Assembly: GCA_964386765.1 (NCBI GenBank)
Contig: CAYLUC010000003.1
Coordinates: forward strand, 20,595-84,594
Direction: 5' to 3'
DNA: 64,000 nt
Source of the DNA: an uncultured Candidatus Poseidoniales archaeon
Lineage (GTDB): Archaea > Thermoplasmatota > Poseidoniia > Poseidoniales > Thalassarchaeaceae
Numbering within the stretch: the first letter of the stretch is position 1; each line of letters opens with the position of its first letter. The notes under the pieces are model-generated. The model was not told where the DNA came from, made no database searches, and worked only from the letters and a program-made list of their open reading frames with translations. Shown here one piece after another: positions 17,369 through 26,941 of this stretch. The position numbers and the translations under genes were made by a program.

Positions 17369-19849
17369 GTGGGCGCTCCAACTATCCAAGACAAGCGGTG
17401 GACAATTGACCTCGAAAAGAGGATTCAGGAGGAACACTTCGGCCCCTCTTTCACTGAACGATACTCTTTTGATCCACGCAGCGATAAAGAGCTGTTCGTT
17501 ATTGATACACCTCCGCCTTATCCAAGTGGGACATGGCACATTGGGGCCGTTGCTCAATACAGTATGATTGACGTAATCGCAAGAAGCCAGAGGCTAATGG
17601 GGAAGGAGGTATATTTCCCATGGGGGGTGGATAGGAATGGAATTAACATCGAATTCACCGTCGAGAAAAAGACCGGTAGGAAAATGAGAACTTATGAAAG
17701 GGGGGAGTTCTTGGACCTATGCTCGACCACCATAGAGGAATACACACAGGCCATGAGGCATACAGCGAAGAGAGTAGGCCTGTCATGCGATTACGCCAAT
17801 GAGTACCTTACCGACGCCCCAGACTTCCGTGCCGTCACACAATCTATTTTTGTTGACCTATTTAGGAGGGGGGATATCGTAGAGGATCTAAGGCCTAATA
17901 TTTACGATCCGGTCGAAGGAACCACTATTGCAGATGCGGAGGTACAAAGGGTCTCAAGAGAAACTTTGCTATGTGATGTTAGATGGACTACGGATGATGG
18001 AGAGGACGTGATTATTTCCACAACCAGGCCCGAACTCATATGTGCTTGCGGGGTCGTAGTAGTACATCCCGAAGACAGCCGATATTCACACTTAGTCGGT
18101 AAGAAGATTTCTTTGCCGCTACCGGTGGAGGGACGAGATGACTACGTCGAGATAATGACCCATCCCTCGGTGAAGTCTGATTTTGGTAGCGGAGTTCTGA
18201 TGATCTGTTCATTCGGCGATCAGAATGATGTTTCTGTATTCAGAGAACTCGGGATAGATCCTTTCGTGGCAATAGATATGGAGGGGAGGCTTACCGGAAT
18301 TTCGGGCCCTCTTATGGGCATGAAGGCGGAAGAAGCCAGAAAGGTGGCAATAGAAATCTTGTCAGATATTGGACGCCTAGAATCCGCAATCGAGAGGACC
18401 CAGGAAGTTCCAGTTAGCGAGAGGGGCGGAAATCCAGTGGAAATCATCCTACTGAAGGAGTGGTATGTCAGGCAGACTCACATCTTAGACAGAATGAAGG
18501 AGCTTTCAGACCAATCAGCCTTCATCCCTGAAAGAAACAGGCAATTCCTGCACGATTGGATGGATGGAGTATCAATAGACTGGCCAATTAGCAGGAGGAG
18601 GTGGTATCATACTGAGGTACCAATATGGTATTCAGAGGATGGCAACAAGGTCGTTGTCCCACCTCATGGGTCATATGTCCAGCCCTGGAGGGACAAACCA
18701 CCCGAAGGTTCCGATGTCCTCGACAGAGCCACAAGGGAGTCACTCGGAAATTACTCCGATCTCGCTGACTCTCTTGGCGAGTTAACCGGCGAAGAGAAGG
18801 TTTTCGATACATGGATGGATTCATCCAATTCAAATCTATATGTTTCCGGATACATCAGTGACCCAGAGATGTTCCAGAGGGCATTTCCGACAGCTATCAG
18901 GCCCCAAGGAAAGGAAATAGTCAGAACGTGGCTCTACTACACCCTGCTAAAGAGTACGTTGCTCTTCGACAAACCAGGCTTCCAGAATATATGGATCGAC
19001 GGCCTAGGGATGGATCCATGGGGGAGGAAGATGTCCAAGTCCCTAGGGAATGGAATTGATGCCGACTCAGTGTTAGAATGTGGGGCTGGGGGGAGGACCG
19101 GCTCATGGAAAATCAAAGGCCCAGGTGGCAAGCAAGTCAGCCTTAGGGCGAATAAGATTGGCAGTGAGTGCTTCAGGCTTTGGAAGGCCTGCGATGCACA
19201 GGTCGGAGATGACTTCCACATCAACCCTGAAGAAATCGAGGCAAAATACTTCGGGGTTCTGACAAAGATGTTCAATGTGGCTAGGTTCGCTAGCCAATTC
19301 GAAGTCCCAATCGACCTAGAAAGCCCCCCAGAAGATATCAATCCCGAGGACATTTGGATTCTGTCAGAATTCAATCAAGTCATGGAGAGGGTTTCCAATG
19401 CCTGGGAAGAGTTGGACATCTACAACGCTGCACAATCCATCAAGGGTTTCTGGACTGGCGTATTCCCGGGTCACTGGTTGGAAATGGCGAAGTCGCGACT
19501 GTATGACGGTGATGAATCGGCCGAATGGACTCTTCATAGAATTGTGAGGGACTTGATGACTGTTTTCTCCCCTATCTGCCCCTTTTTCACACATTATCTC
19601 TCAACCGAGATTTATGGAATTAGCTCAGTCGATATCCGGGAGTTCCCTTCTATGACAAATTCACCTCTTGACCAGTCCCCTATCAATATGGCAGATCTAA
19701 CACAACCCATTATTGACTTCAACTCAATGGTTTGGAGGGCCAAGAAAGATGGGGGGCTATCGCTCAAATCCCCAATCTCAGGAATCTCAGTGCCTGAAAA
19801 CCTGGAAATCATCTCCGATGCACTCTCAGCCATGCACAGATTAGAATGA
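17369..19849 (+). CDS. valS: Valyl-tRNA synthetase
   Basis: This is a class I aaRS. 'PPPYPSGTWHIGA' is the HIGH region, with 'HIGA' instead of HIGH. 'TTRPELICACGVVVVHPED' is the ValRS signature. It also has 'DTWMDSS' and a 'KMSKS' motif. Confidence 0.7.
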   Translation: MGAPTIQDKRWTIDLEKRIQEEHFGPSFTERYSFDPRSDKELFVIDTPPPYPSGTWHIGAVAQYSMIDVIARSQRLMGKEVYFPWGVDRNGINIEFTVEKKTGRKMRTYERGEFLDLCSTTIEEYTQAMRHTAKRVGLSCDYANEYLTDAPDFRAVTQSIFVDLFRRGDIVEDLRPNIYDPVEGTTIADAEVQRVSRETLLCDVRWTTDDGEDVIISTTRPELICACGVVVVHPEDSRYSHLVGKKISLPLPVEGRDDYVEIMTHPSVKSDFGSGVLMICSFGDQNDVSVFRELGIDPFVAIDMEGRLTGISGPLMGMKAEEARKVAIEILSDIGRLESAIERTQEVPVSERGGNPVEIILLKEWYVRQTHILDRMKELSDQSAFIPERNRQFLHDWMDGVSIDWPISRRRWYHTEVPIWYSEDGNKVVVPPHGSYVQPWRDKPPEGSDVLDRATRESLGNYSDLADSLGELTGEEKVFDTWMDSSNSNLYVSGYISDPEMFQRAFPTAIRPQGKEIVRTWLYYTLLKSTLLFDKPGFQNIWIDGLGMDPWGRKMSKSLGNGIDADSVLECGAGGRTGSWKIKGPGGKQVSLRANKIGSECFRLWKACDAQVGDDFHINPEEIEAKYFGVLTKMFNVARFASQFEVPIDLESPPEDINPEDIWILSEFNQVMERVSNAWEELDIYNAAQSIKGFWTGVFPGHWLEMAKSRLYDGDESAEWTLHRIVRDLMTVFSPICPFFTHYLSTEIYGISSVDIREFPSMTNSPLDQSPINMADLTQPIIDFNSMVWRAKKDGGLSLKSPISGISVPENLEIISDALSAMHRLE

Positions 19850-20824
19850 TTAGTTCAATGCAGAGATTGGCAACTGTCCCGAGTCATAACTACTGATGAT
19901 TGATACAATCTCATCACCAATCCTCGACTGAGCCTCCACGGTAGACGCCCCTATGTGGGGGGTCGAGGTGAATCTCTCCATATCCAACAAACCACTATCC
20001 GTTGCAGGCTCCATTTCGAAAACGTCTAGAGCAGCCGATGATAACTCACCCGACATTAGCGACTGCCTAATTTCTCCCTCATCAACAATCCCGCCCCTCG
20101 CGCAGTTCACAATATGATTGCCACACTCGATGCCATCAGCACCGATTTTTGGCATCATTGACACTCTACTAGAGTTGACAATATTCCTAGTTTCGGGAGA
20201 GAGGAAACAATGTACTGAGATGTGTGTGCACACACTAAATAGTGAATCTATGTTGTCATGTAGTGTGCAGAATTCATCTACAAGGTCAGAGCTTATGTAC
20301 GGGTCAAATGCATGTATTTCCATTCCCAAACTCCTTCCTACAGAAGCTACGCCCCTAGCTATCCTACCATAGCCAATTAGTCCAAGCCTCTTTCCTCTCA
20401 GCTCACTACCACGCATCTCCTTTTTCGCCCATTGCCCATTCCTCATGCGCCTATCGGAACGTGTGATGTTCCTGACCGATGAAAGCAACAGTCCCAAAGT
20501 CAACTCTACCACTGCGTTTGTCGATGCGCCCGGCGTGTTGCAAACCCTCACCCCTGATGAGGTAGCGGCCGCAATGTCGATGTTGTCAACCCCAACACCG
20601 GCTCTGATGATCATCTTCAAAGATCCATTATCTCCAGAATTTGCAGAAATTACTTCAGAATTCATTTTTGTTGCACTCCTAATAACTACGACATCGAAAT
20701 TAGACAGGGACCCATTAACTAGTGAGTCCGATTCATGATGCCCAATTACAACCTCATGGCCCAATTCTCTGAGTCGTTCTGCGGCCTTATCATCAATGCC
20801 ATCGGTAACAGCAACCCTCGCCAT
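19850..20824 (-). CDS. D-isomer-specific 2-hydroxyacid dehydrogenase (SerA-like, no ACT domain)
   Basis: 'GLIGYGRIARGVA' is the NAD-binding motif. 'RGGIVDE' is present. The length is 324 aa. Confidence 0.7.
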   Translation of the reverse strand: MARVAVTDGIDDKAAERLRELGHEVVIGHHESDSLVNGSLSNFDVVVIRSATKMNSEVISANSGDNGSLKMIIRAGVGVDNIDIAAATSSGVRVCNTPGASTNAVVELTLGLLLSSVRNITRSDRRMRNGQWAKKEMRGSELRGKRLGLIGYGRIARGVASVGRSLGMEIHAFDPYISSDLVDEFCTLHDNIDSLFSVCTHISVHCFLSPETRNIVNSSRVSMMPKIGADGIECGNHIVNCARGGIVDEGEIRQSLMSGELSSAALDVFEMEPATDSGLLDMERFTSTPHIGASTVEAQSRIGDEIVSIISSYDSGQLPISALN

Positions 20825-20914
20825 GATATCTTGTATTGACAGAAGTACGATGAAGATTTTCCGAGAATCCTATGGCATAATTGATATCTTACTGCCATTT
20901 CGGCAGTATCGAGG

Positions 20915-21526
20915 ATGAATATGGGCTTCGAATTACCAGAATTGGATTACGACTACGACGCACTTGAACCGCATATAGACGCACTGACTATGGAGATACA
21001 CCATGGCAAGCACCACGCTGGATACACGGCTAAATTGAATGCCGCAGTAATGGGGTCTAACATGGAGGGGCTGGACATAGAGGATTTGCTTACCAACCAC
21101 TCTGAAAATAATGCAGTAAGAAATAATGGTGGAGGATTCTGGAACCATGGACTTTTCTGGAGAATTATGAGCCCGGATGGAGGTGGAGAGCCCGAGGGGG
21201 AACTAGCCTCTGCAATCGATCAGAAGTTCGGCTCATTCAACTCATTCAAAGAGACATTTGCCAATGCCGCTATGACTAGATTTGGTAGTGGATGGGCATG
21301 GCTTTGTGTTGGTTCTGATGGGGAGTTGTGCATTTGCTCTACGCCTAACCAAGATAATCCAATAATGGATGGGAGCGGTCGCCCGATACTCGGTATCGAT
21401 GTTTGGGAGCATGCTTACTACAAGAAGTTCGGACCAGGGAGGGGCGATTATATCGCATCCTGGTGGAACGTCGTTGATTGGGTTCGAGTCTCAGAGAATT
21501 TTGCCGTAGCTTCTGGAAATCAGTGA
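20915..21526 (+). CDS. sod: Fe/Mn superoxide dismutase
   Basis: 'HHGKHHAGY' and 'DVWEHAYY' are the metal-ligand motifs. Confidence 0.9.
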   Translation: MNMGFELPELDYDYDALEPHIDALTMEIHHGKHHAGYTAKLNAAVMGSNMEGLDIEDLLTNHSENNAVRNNGGGFWNHGLFWRIMSPDGGGEPEGELASAIDQKFGSFNSFKETFANAAMTRFGSGWAWLCVGSDGELCICSTPNQDNPIMDGSGRPILGIDVWEHAYYKKFGPGRGDYIASWWNVVDWVRVSENFAVASGNQ

Positions 21527-21556
21527 TTTCCACTAGTTCGGCTACAGAGCATCCGA

Positions 21557-22696
21557 TTGGACCGGTTCATTCTAATCCTTCATGCGCAAGCATGGCCCGT
21601 GGCAGAACCTGTAGAGGGATTGGCAACAGGGGTATTGATACTGCTTCTACCACTCCTTCTTTCCCTACCTTTGAGGTTTGGATGGAAGTGGTGGGTTGGC
21701 ATGGAGCCCGAGCATGAGCACTATCGTGAGAAGGTCAGGAGGGTGCTTGATTCTGGTATCCCCATCAGGAGATACCGGACCGAATTGGACTCCGAGGCAA
21801 GGAGGCTTCTGATTGATGACGAGAGGAAATCAAGGATCGAGTCAGATCTACTGAGACCCCTTGGCACGCAACACTTCCTGCTCCTGCCAGCATTGGTGTT
21901 CTCCCCCCTCCTAGGGCTCTTTGCTCTCCCTGTTTCAGTAATACTATCTCTTCTATTCAGGCCAATAGAGTGGATACTAATTGACAAAAAGGTGCTTCTA
22001 TGGGTAGCAGGGCTTATCCGCAAGGTCACCCGTTGGGAGATTATTGGTATACCCCCACTTGATGATGGAACGGGGACGCTGAACAAGGTCCTGGAATCGG
22101 CGCATAGGATGCCCATCACCGTCTTCTTGGGAATTTTTGCATATCTCATAGTCCTATATCTGCCACTTAGCCCCACTGAGGTACTGGTCCTAAGTGCCGG
22201 CTTCTACATATTCCTAGTCTCGGTAATTTCTGTAATTCGGGCCGCCACCCTGAACTCCCTCGTATTCGCCGATCCTACCAAGAGAAGGCTGATTCCCATG
22301 CACTCTCTAGTTGATGATGCGCTTGGCCCTTCTGTGGGCATAGGCCTAATCTTCCTACTGTCCCGACAACTAATTTATGGAAGTAGACTGAGGTCTGGTG
22401 ACCTTCTTGGGGATCCAGTGGTTTTCTCCACGAGTGTACTCCTGGTCCTCTATACTGCAACTATCATAGGGGTCGCAGTCGAGTATGCGTTCTTCGTATC
22501 AAGGAGCGATACCGTAAGGAATAACTTCCAGAAGCAAGTGGTGAAAGAGCACGATCCCATGGTTTACCTATTTACCAGGCACTTGGGTACGCTGAGGATA
22601 TCGCCACTAATGAAGCTAGAGGAATGGATAGATAATGGTGAGGAGATTGAGTTCTCTCACGTACAAAGAGCAGCAGAACAGAACTCAGCCGAATGA
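21557..22696 (+). CDS. Hypothetical polytopic membrane protein
   Basis: At least 8 hydrophobic helices are present. No recognisable motif was found. Confidence 0.4.
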   Translation: MDRFILILHAQAWPVAEPVEGLATGVLILLLPLLLSLPLRFGWKWWVGMEPEHEHYREKVRRVLDSGIPIRRYRTELDSEARRLLIDDERKSRIESDLLRPLGTQHFLLLPALVFSPLLGLFALPVSVILSLLFRPIEWILIDKKVLLWVAGLIRKVTRWEIIGIPPLDDGTGTLNKVLESAHRMPITVFLGIFAYLIVLYLPLSPTEVLVLSAGFYIFLVSVISVIRAATLNSLVFADPTKRRLIPMHSLVDDALGPSVGIGLIFLLSRQLIYGSRLRSGDLLGDPVVFSTSVLLVLYTATIIGVAVEYAFFVSRSDTVRNNFQKQVVKEHDPMVYLFTRHLGTLRISPLMKLEEWIDNGEEIEFSHVQRAAEQNSAE

Positions 22697-23080
22697 CTGG
22701 CCGCACCCGCACGACCTGTCAGCATTTGGATTCTCTATTTGGAATCCCCCGCCCATCAATGAGTCTTTGAAATCAATAATAATTCCATTTAGGAGAGAAC
22801 TGTCTTTATTGTGCACCAGAATTGTAATCCCACTCTCCTCGATCCTCTGGTAGTTCCCATCATTCGGATCTTCAATTATTGACATATCGTACATGTAGCC
22901 CGAGCACCCACCAGACTCAGCGCTGACAATTAGGGCGTGAGTATCCTCATCGCCCTTCATTGAAGATTTGAGAGCGGATACAGCCGCTTCAGTAATTTCG
23001 ATATTGACATTGACGACATTAACCCTCTGTAGCGATGAAACTATTGGTAGGGAAACGCCCTCACAACCATCGTGTGCCAT
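22685..23080 (-). CDS. Fe-S cluster assembly A-type carrier (IscA/HesB family)
   Basis: The C-terminal 'SCGCGQSFG' is the IscA/SufA signature. The size is about 110-130 aa. Confidence 0.7.
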   Translation of the reverse strand: MAHDGCEGVSLPIVSSLQRVNVVNVNIEITEAAVSALKSSMKGDEDTHALIVSAESGGCSGYMYDMSIIEDPNDGNYQRIEESGITILVHNKDSSLLNGIIIDFKDSLMGGGFQIENPNADRSCGCGQSFG

Positions 23081-23162
23081 GATACCCGCTAAACAGTGTG
23101 GTATTTGAATAGTGTTGATAGTACATCCGCCATGTATGAATACCCTGACTCAATGTCGTGCC

Positions 23163-23969
23163 ATGGCCAGTACGGAGAAGCAGTTCGCGGTCTCGAAACT
23201 GAGTGAAGGCAGTTTGGCCAGAATTGATGATGTAGTAGCAGTTGAATCGCCCCTCACAATCACCATCACATATGCCGGTGTTACTAGATCGCTGGGCATT
23301 ACAATGCGTACGCCAGGCAGAGATAGGGAACTTGCCACAGGATTCCTGTATTCCGAGGGGCTGATTGATGGAGTTGAAGACATCGTTGAAATCAATTCGA
23401 CCGAAGACTCCGTCGATGTTATTTGTAGCAATCTAGACGAGGCTTCTCTGAGCGAGTACCTCAGAATTTCTACCATCACATCCTCATGCGGTATTTGCGG
23501 TAAGGACTCCATATCCAATATGCTCCACATTCATGGGCCGAAGTTGCAGAACGGACCAATAGTGTCGATGGATTCGATAACTACCTCGTTGGCAGGATTG
23601 AGGGAAATTCAACCATTATTCTCCTCAACTGGGGGGTCACATGCATCAGCCATAGCTACGTCCCAAGGAGAGGTTCTGCATATCGAAGAGGATGTCGGAC
23701 GACACAATGCATTGGATAAGCTGATTGGGCACATGCTGCTATCCGAACAATACCCAGTGACAGATTTATTTTTGTTAGTTTCGGGAAGGGCCTCATTCGA
23801 ACTCGTCCATAAAGCGATTAGATGTGGCTTCAGTATCATGATAGCTGTTGGAGCCCCGAGCTCTTTGGCTGTAGACATGGCGAGAGAGCATGGGCTAACT
23901 CTGATTGGTTTCGCTAGGGGGACGTCATTGACAATTTACAGTAGCCCCAGTAGGGTCTCCACTAATTAG
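23163..23969 (+). CDS. fdhD: Formate dehydrogenase accessory sulfurtransferase FdhD
   Basis: 'GRHNALDKLIG' is the FdhD signature. The conserved Cys reads 'SSCGICG'. Confidence 0.8.
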   Translation: MASTEKQFAVSKLSEGSLARIDDVVAVESPLTITITYAGVTRSLGITMRTPGRDRELATGFLYSEGLIDGVEDIVEINSTEDSVDVICSNLDEASLSEYLRISTITSSCGICGKDSISNMLHIHGPKLQNGPIVSMDSITTSLAGLREIQPLFSSTGGSHASAIATSQGEVLHIEEDVGRHNALDKLIGHMLLSEQYPVTDLFLLVSGRASFELVHKAIRCGFSIMIAVGAPSSLAVDMAREHGLTLIGFARGTSLTIYSSPSRVSTN

Positions 23970-25749
23970 GGGCCCTCTTGGACTGCTCTTTTGCTAGAAT
24001 CTTGCATCTGCTTATTTGCTTCCTGCATAGATCATTATCAGCTTCATCGAGTCCCCTCTCCAGGGATTGAGAGAAGCACTTTACCGCATCTTCGAATAGT
24101 TCTAATGCCGCATAAGATGAACCCATGTTGTATAGCATTCTCGCTGTAACTCCAGAAGGATCCATTGAGATGGCGGTATGATAAGATCTGATGCTGTCGC
24201 CATATCTGCCAAGTTGGTACAATGCATGACCTCTGCCACCCTGTGACTTTACTCTGAGATTCAACTCCTCTCTAGGGGCGCTGCCAATCGCCTTCTCAAA
24301 GCAGTTCAATGCCTCAATTGCTTGTTCCTCCCCTAGGAGGGAAACTCCCCTATTGTACCACTCGATCGAAATGTTCACATCATCGTTTTCGGTTGGTTCG
24401 ATACTATCTAGCCTATCTTGAGCTTCCTCGCCAGCTGTAATGAGGTCAATTTCACTCTGTTCAATTTCAATAATTTCATTCTTCTCAGCGGCCTTGACTA
24501 TGGCCTCTGCTCTTTGCCTGCATTGGAATGCCCTGTCTACATGGCCCGCTGCTGATAGTGCATCAGCCATGCCGTTCCAGATATCTGCTGAACCCCTATC
24601 TTCTTCGAGCAAAATTTTCCAATCGTTTACAGATCCCACATGATCACCTGATTCTGACTTCTCTCTTGCAATGGATATCCTGTTTGCCTTAGTATCAATG
24701 ATGGATACATCAGCATCTATGAGGTCACCCTCCTCCCTTGTATCAGAGGCCTGTTCCTCAATTTCCTCAACCGGCTTCTCCAATTCCGAAATACGTAAAG
24801 AAATGTCATTATCAGGGTCGTACTCCAATGCCCTCTTCCAGATAGACACAGCCTCCTCGGAATTTCCCGCTTCTAGTCGCATCTCGCCGAGCGAAATTAG
24901 GCTATTCACATGGGCCGGATCCGAAAGTAGTGCATTTGCCAGAGACTGCATAGCATCTATCTTCCTCCCATTTCTTCTCAGTAATTGTGCTAGATTATAG
25001 TGGGTTTTCGGAGAGTCCTCTCCTATGGATATCGAATATTCCATTGCCTGAATGGCCTCAACCTCATTACCCACCATAGATAGGCAAGTACCACAAATTG
25101 ACCACAGAGCAGAGTCGCTAGAACCATCGCTCTGTAATCTGGGCCTAACCATGTCGAGAGCAGCCTGTGCCTCGCCCACTCGTAGTTTCTCACGTGCTAC
25201 TTCAATGAGTTCAGCCAGTGGCATCAGAACATCCGACTCAATGAACAACTCTTCATCGTCAGTCACGTCTTCTTCTTCTTCAACAATTACAATAGGCTCT
25301 GATTTGAGGATAACCTCATCTTCAATCGGGGCCGATTGAAGGAACAATTCCTCTTCAACAGGGGATGAATCAATCACTACCTCTTCGTCCGTGGATGGGG
25401 GGAATAGATTTGATATTCTGACTAGCTCATCCACTTCCCCTACTTCATCTATCGCAAAACGAGCAAGCTCCCCCGCCCTTACTGGATCCGAGCTCTCTAG
25501 CAGCACCGCTAGATTTGCAGCTGTTGCACCGTGGTTGGGATTAATTGAGTACGACTTCTCAAATGCTGTTACAGCTTCTGTAGTCATACCTCTACTTGCC
25601 TGTACCACACCCAGGCCATACCACGCTGAGGCACTATTTGGAAATGCCTCGACAGCCACATTGTATTTTTCTGCTGCCAACAATAGGTTACCAGATTGCG
25701 CATATGAGCGGGCCGAATCCAATAATTCGGACATCGCCCCGTCGTTCAT
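23962..25749 (-). CDS. TPR-repeat protein
   Basis: Repeated 34-aa helical units of the form W..LG......A...Y..A are present. The central linker is acidic. Confidence 0.7.
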   Translation of the reverse strand: MNDGAMSELLDSARSYAQSGNLLLAAEKYNVAVEAFPNSASAWYGLGVVQASRGMTTEAVTAFEKSYSINPNHGATAANLAVLLESSDPVRAGELARFAIDEVGEVDELVRISNLFPPSTDEEVVIDSSPVEEELFLQSAPIEDEVILKSEPIVIVEEEEDVTDDEELFIESDVLMPLAELIEVAREKLRVGEAQAALDMVRPRLQSDGSSDSALWSICGTCLSMVGNEVEAIQAMEYSISIGEDSPKTHYNLAQLLRRNGRKIDAMQSLANALLSDPAHVNSLISLGEMRLEAGNSEEAVSIWKRALEYDPDNDISLRISELEKPVEEIEEQASDTREEGDLIDADVSIIDTKANRISIAREKSESGDHVGSVNDWKILLEEDRGSADIWNGMADALSAAGHVDRAFQCRQRAEAIVKAAEKNEIIEIEQSEIDLITAGEEAQDRLDSIEPTENDDVNISIEWYNRGVSLLGEEQAIEALNCFEKAIGSAPREELNLRVKSQGGRGHALYQLGRYGDSIRSYHTAISMDPSGVTARMLYNMGSSYAALELFEDAVKCFSQSLERGLDEADNDLCRKQISRCKILAKEQSKRAPN

Positions 25750-25837
25750 ACCAGTTCGCTCGTTGATGGTAACATAAGCATTGGCTTATCATGTACGGAA
25801 ACATATAGTTGAAGTCCTAGGCCTGTCAGGGACCAAC

Positions 25838-26383
25838 ATGTCTGAACCAATCCGTATCATGGGAATTTGCGGAACTTATGACCTAGATTCGGCGAATGGT
25901 AGGATGCTCGAACTCCTCCTCGACGAGTGTCGCAAGCTCGGGGCTGAAACTGTTGTATGGGATCATGGGGCGAAGCCCCTCCCCCTGGTTGGCGCGGAAG
26001 GCAGTTGGGATGATGGTAATGTGAAGGAGTTCCAGCAGTTGGCAACCTCCTCTGATGCATTCGTGTTGTCTAGTCCGGAATATCACGGTACCATGAGTGG
26101 AGTGATGAAGAACAGCTTGGACTGGCTATACTCCAAGCATACATCGGGCAAGGTTTTCGGCCTAATGAGTACCCTTGGCGGACAACCCAGTAACAATACA
26201 CTGAACCACATGAGGATTGCAGCAAGATGGATTTATGGATGGGTTGCACCAGAACAAGTAGCCGTTCCCCACATCAAGGAGGCATTCAACGAAGATGGCA
26301 GCCTAGTCAGCGATACAATCATGGAAAGGGTCACCAGTCTAGCATCATCGATCGTTTCCAACACTACCAAATTAAGGAGATAG
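25838..26383 (+). CDS. NAD(P)H-dependent FMN reductase (flavodoxin-like fold)
   Basis: 'IRIMGICGTYDLDSANGRMLE' and 'SSPEYHGTMSGVMKN' are typical of the FMN_red family. Confidence 0.65.
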   Translation: MSEPIRIMGICGTYDLDSANGRMLELLLDECRKLGAETVVWDHGAKPLPLVGAEGSWDDGNVKEFQQLATSSDAFVLSSPEYHGTMSGVMKNSLDWLYSKHTSGKVFGLMSTLGGQPSNNTLNHMRIAARWIYGWVAPEQVAVPHIKEAFNEDGSLVSDTIMERVTSLASSIVSNTTKLRR

Positions 26384-26435
26384 TGATACACTGGATAGAT
26401 TGCCACCCGGCTCAGAGTTGCTTCTGCTGATATGT

Positions 26436-26561
26436 ATGATTTGCGGCATTGGGTCGTGGTTTGCCAACACATTCATCGACAGGACTGAACTGGTCAAGAT
26501 ATTCTCAATAATTGGCATAGCATCTATGGTAAGCCTGATGATATGGGTCGCGATAGGATAG
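26436..26561 (+). CDS. Small ORF of 41 aa encoding a hydrophobic peptide (MICGIGSWFANTFIDRTELVKIFSIIGIASMVSLMIWVAIG)
   Basis: This is not in the ORF track because it is under 60 aa. Its stop lies 2 nt before the start of the PqqD-like gene. The C-terminal half is TM-like. Confidence 0.25.
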   Translation: MICGIGSWFANTFIDRTELVKIFSIIGIASMVSLMIWVAIG

Positions 26562-26563
26562 TC

Positions 26564-26941
26564 ATGACCGTTCCAATGGGGTCCTACCCAACTCGTGCCC
26601 CCGTACATTGGAAACGAGTAGATTCCGGACAAGAAGAACGTACTGTTGTAATCGTGATTGAGAAGCAATTCAGCGGATTAGAGTCAATAATTGCAAAACT
26701 ACTCCGTGCCCCAGTGCAACTCAGAAGGCCGCTCGACATCATGAATTCAACATTATGGGAGCTGATGGACGGAAAACACTCATTCGAAGAAATCACAAGT
26801 GAGATGGATATTCTCTATAACGAGTCAATCGCCCCGTCCGTTGAACGTTGCGGGGCCTCCATAGAGAAATTTGTAGAGCTCAACCTTGCTGTAATAAGAA
26901 CATCACCAATCAATGGAGAATGGGACGTTTCTTCATCATGA
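26564..26941 (+). CDS. PqqD-like (RRE-type) small protein
   Basis: 'RRPLDIMNSTLWELMDGKHSFEEITSEMDILY....SVERCGASIEKFVELNL' fits the PqqD/RRE pattern (LNetaa.iWel.dG..t..EI...L...Y........dv..fl..L). Confidence 0.4.
   Translation: MTVPMGSYPTRAPVHWKRVDSGQEERTVVIVIEKQFSGLESIIAKLLRAPVQLRRPLDIMNSTLWELMDGKHSFEEITSEMDILYNESIAPSVERCGASIEKFVELNLAVIRTSPINGEWDVSSS

Noticed and set aside
24440-25777. Several 67-128-aa plus-strand ORFs
   Set aside because: All are antisense to the TPR-repeat gene. They are Ser-rich with no motifs.
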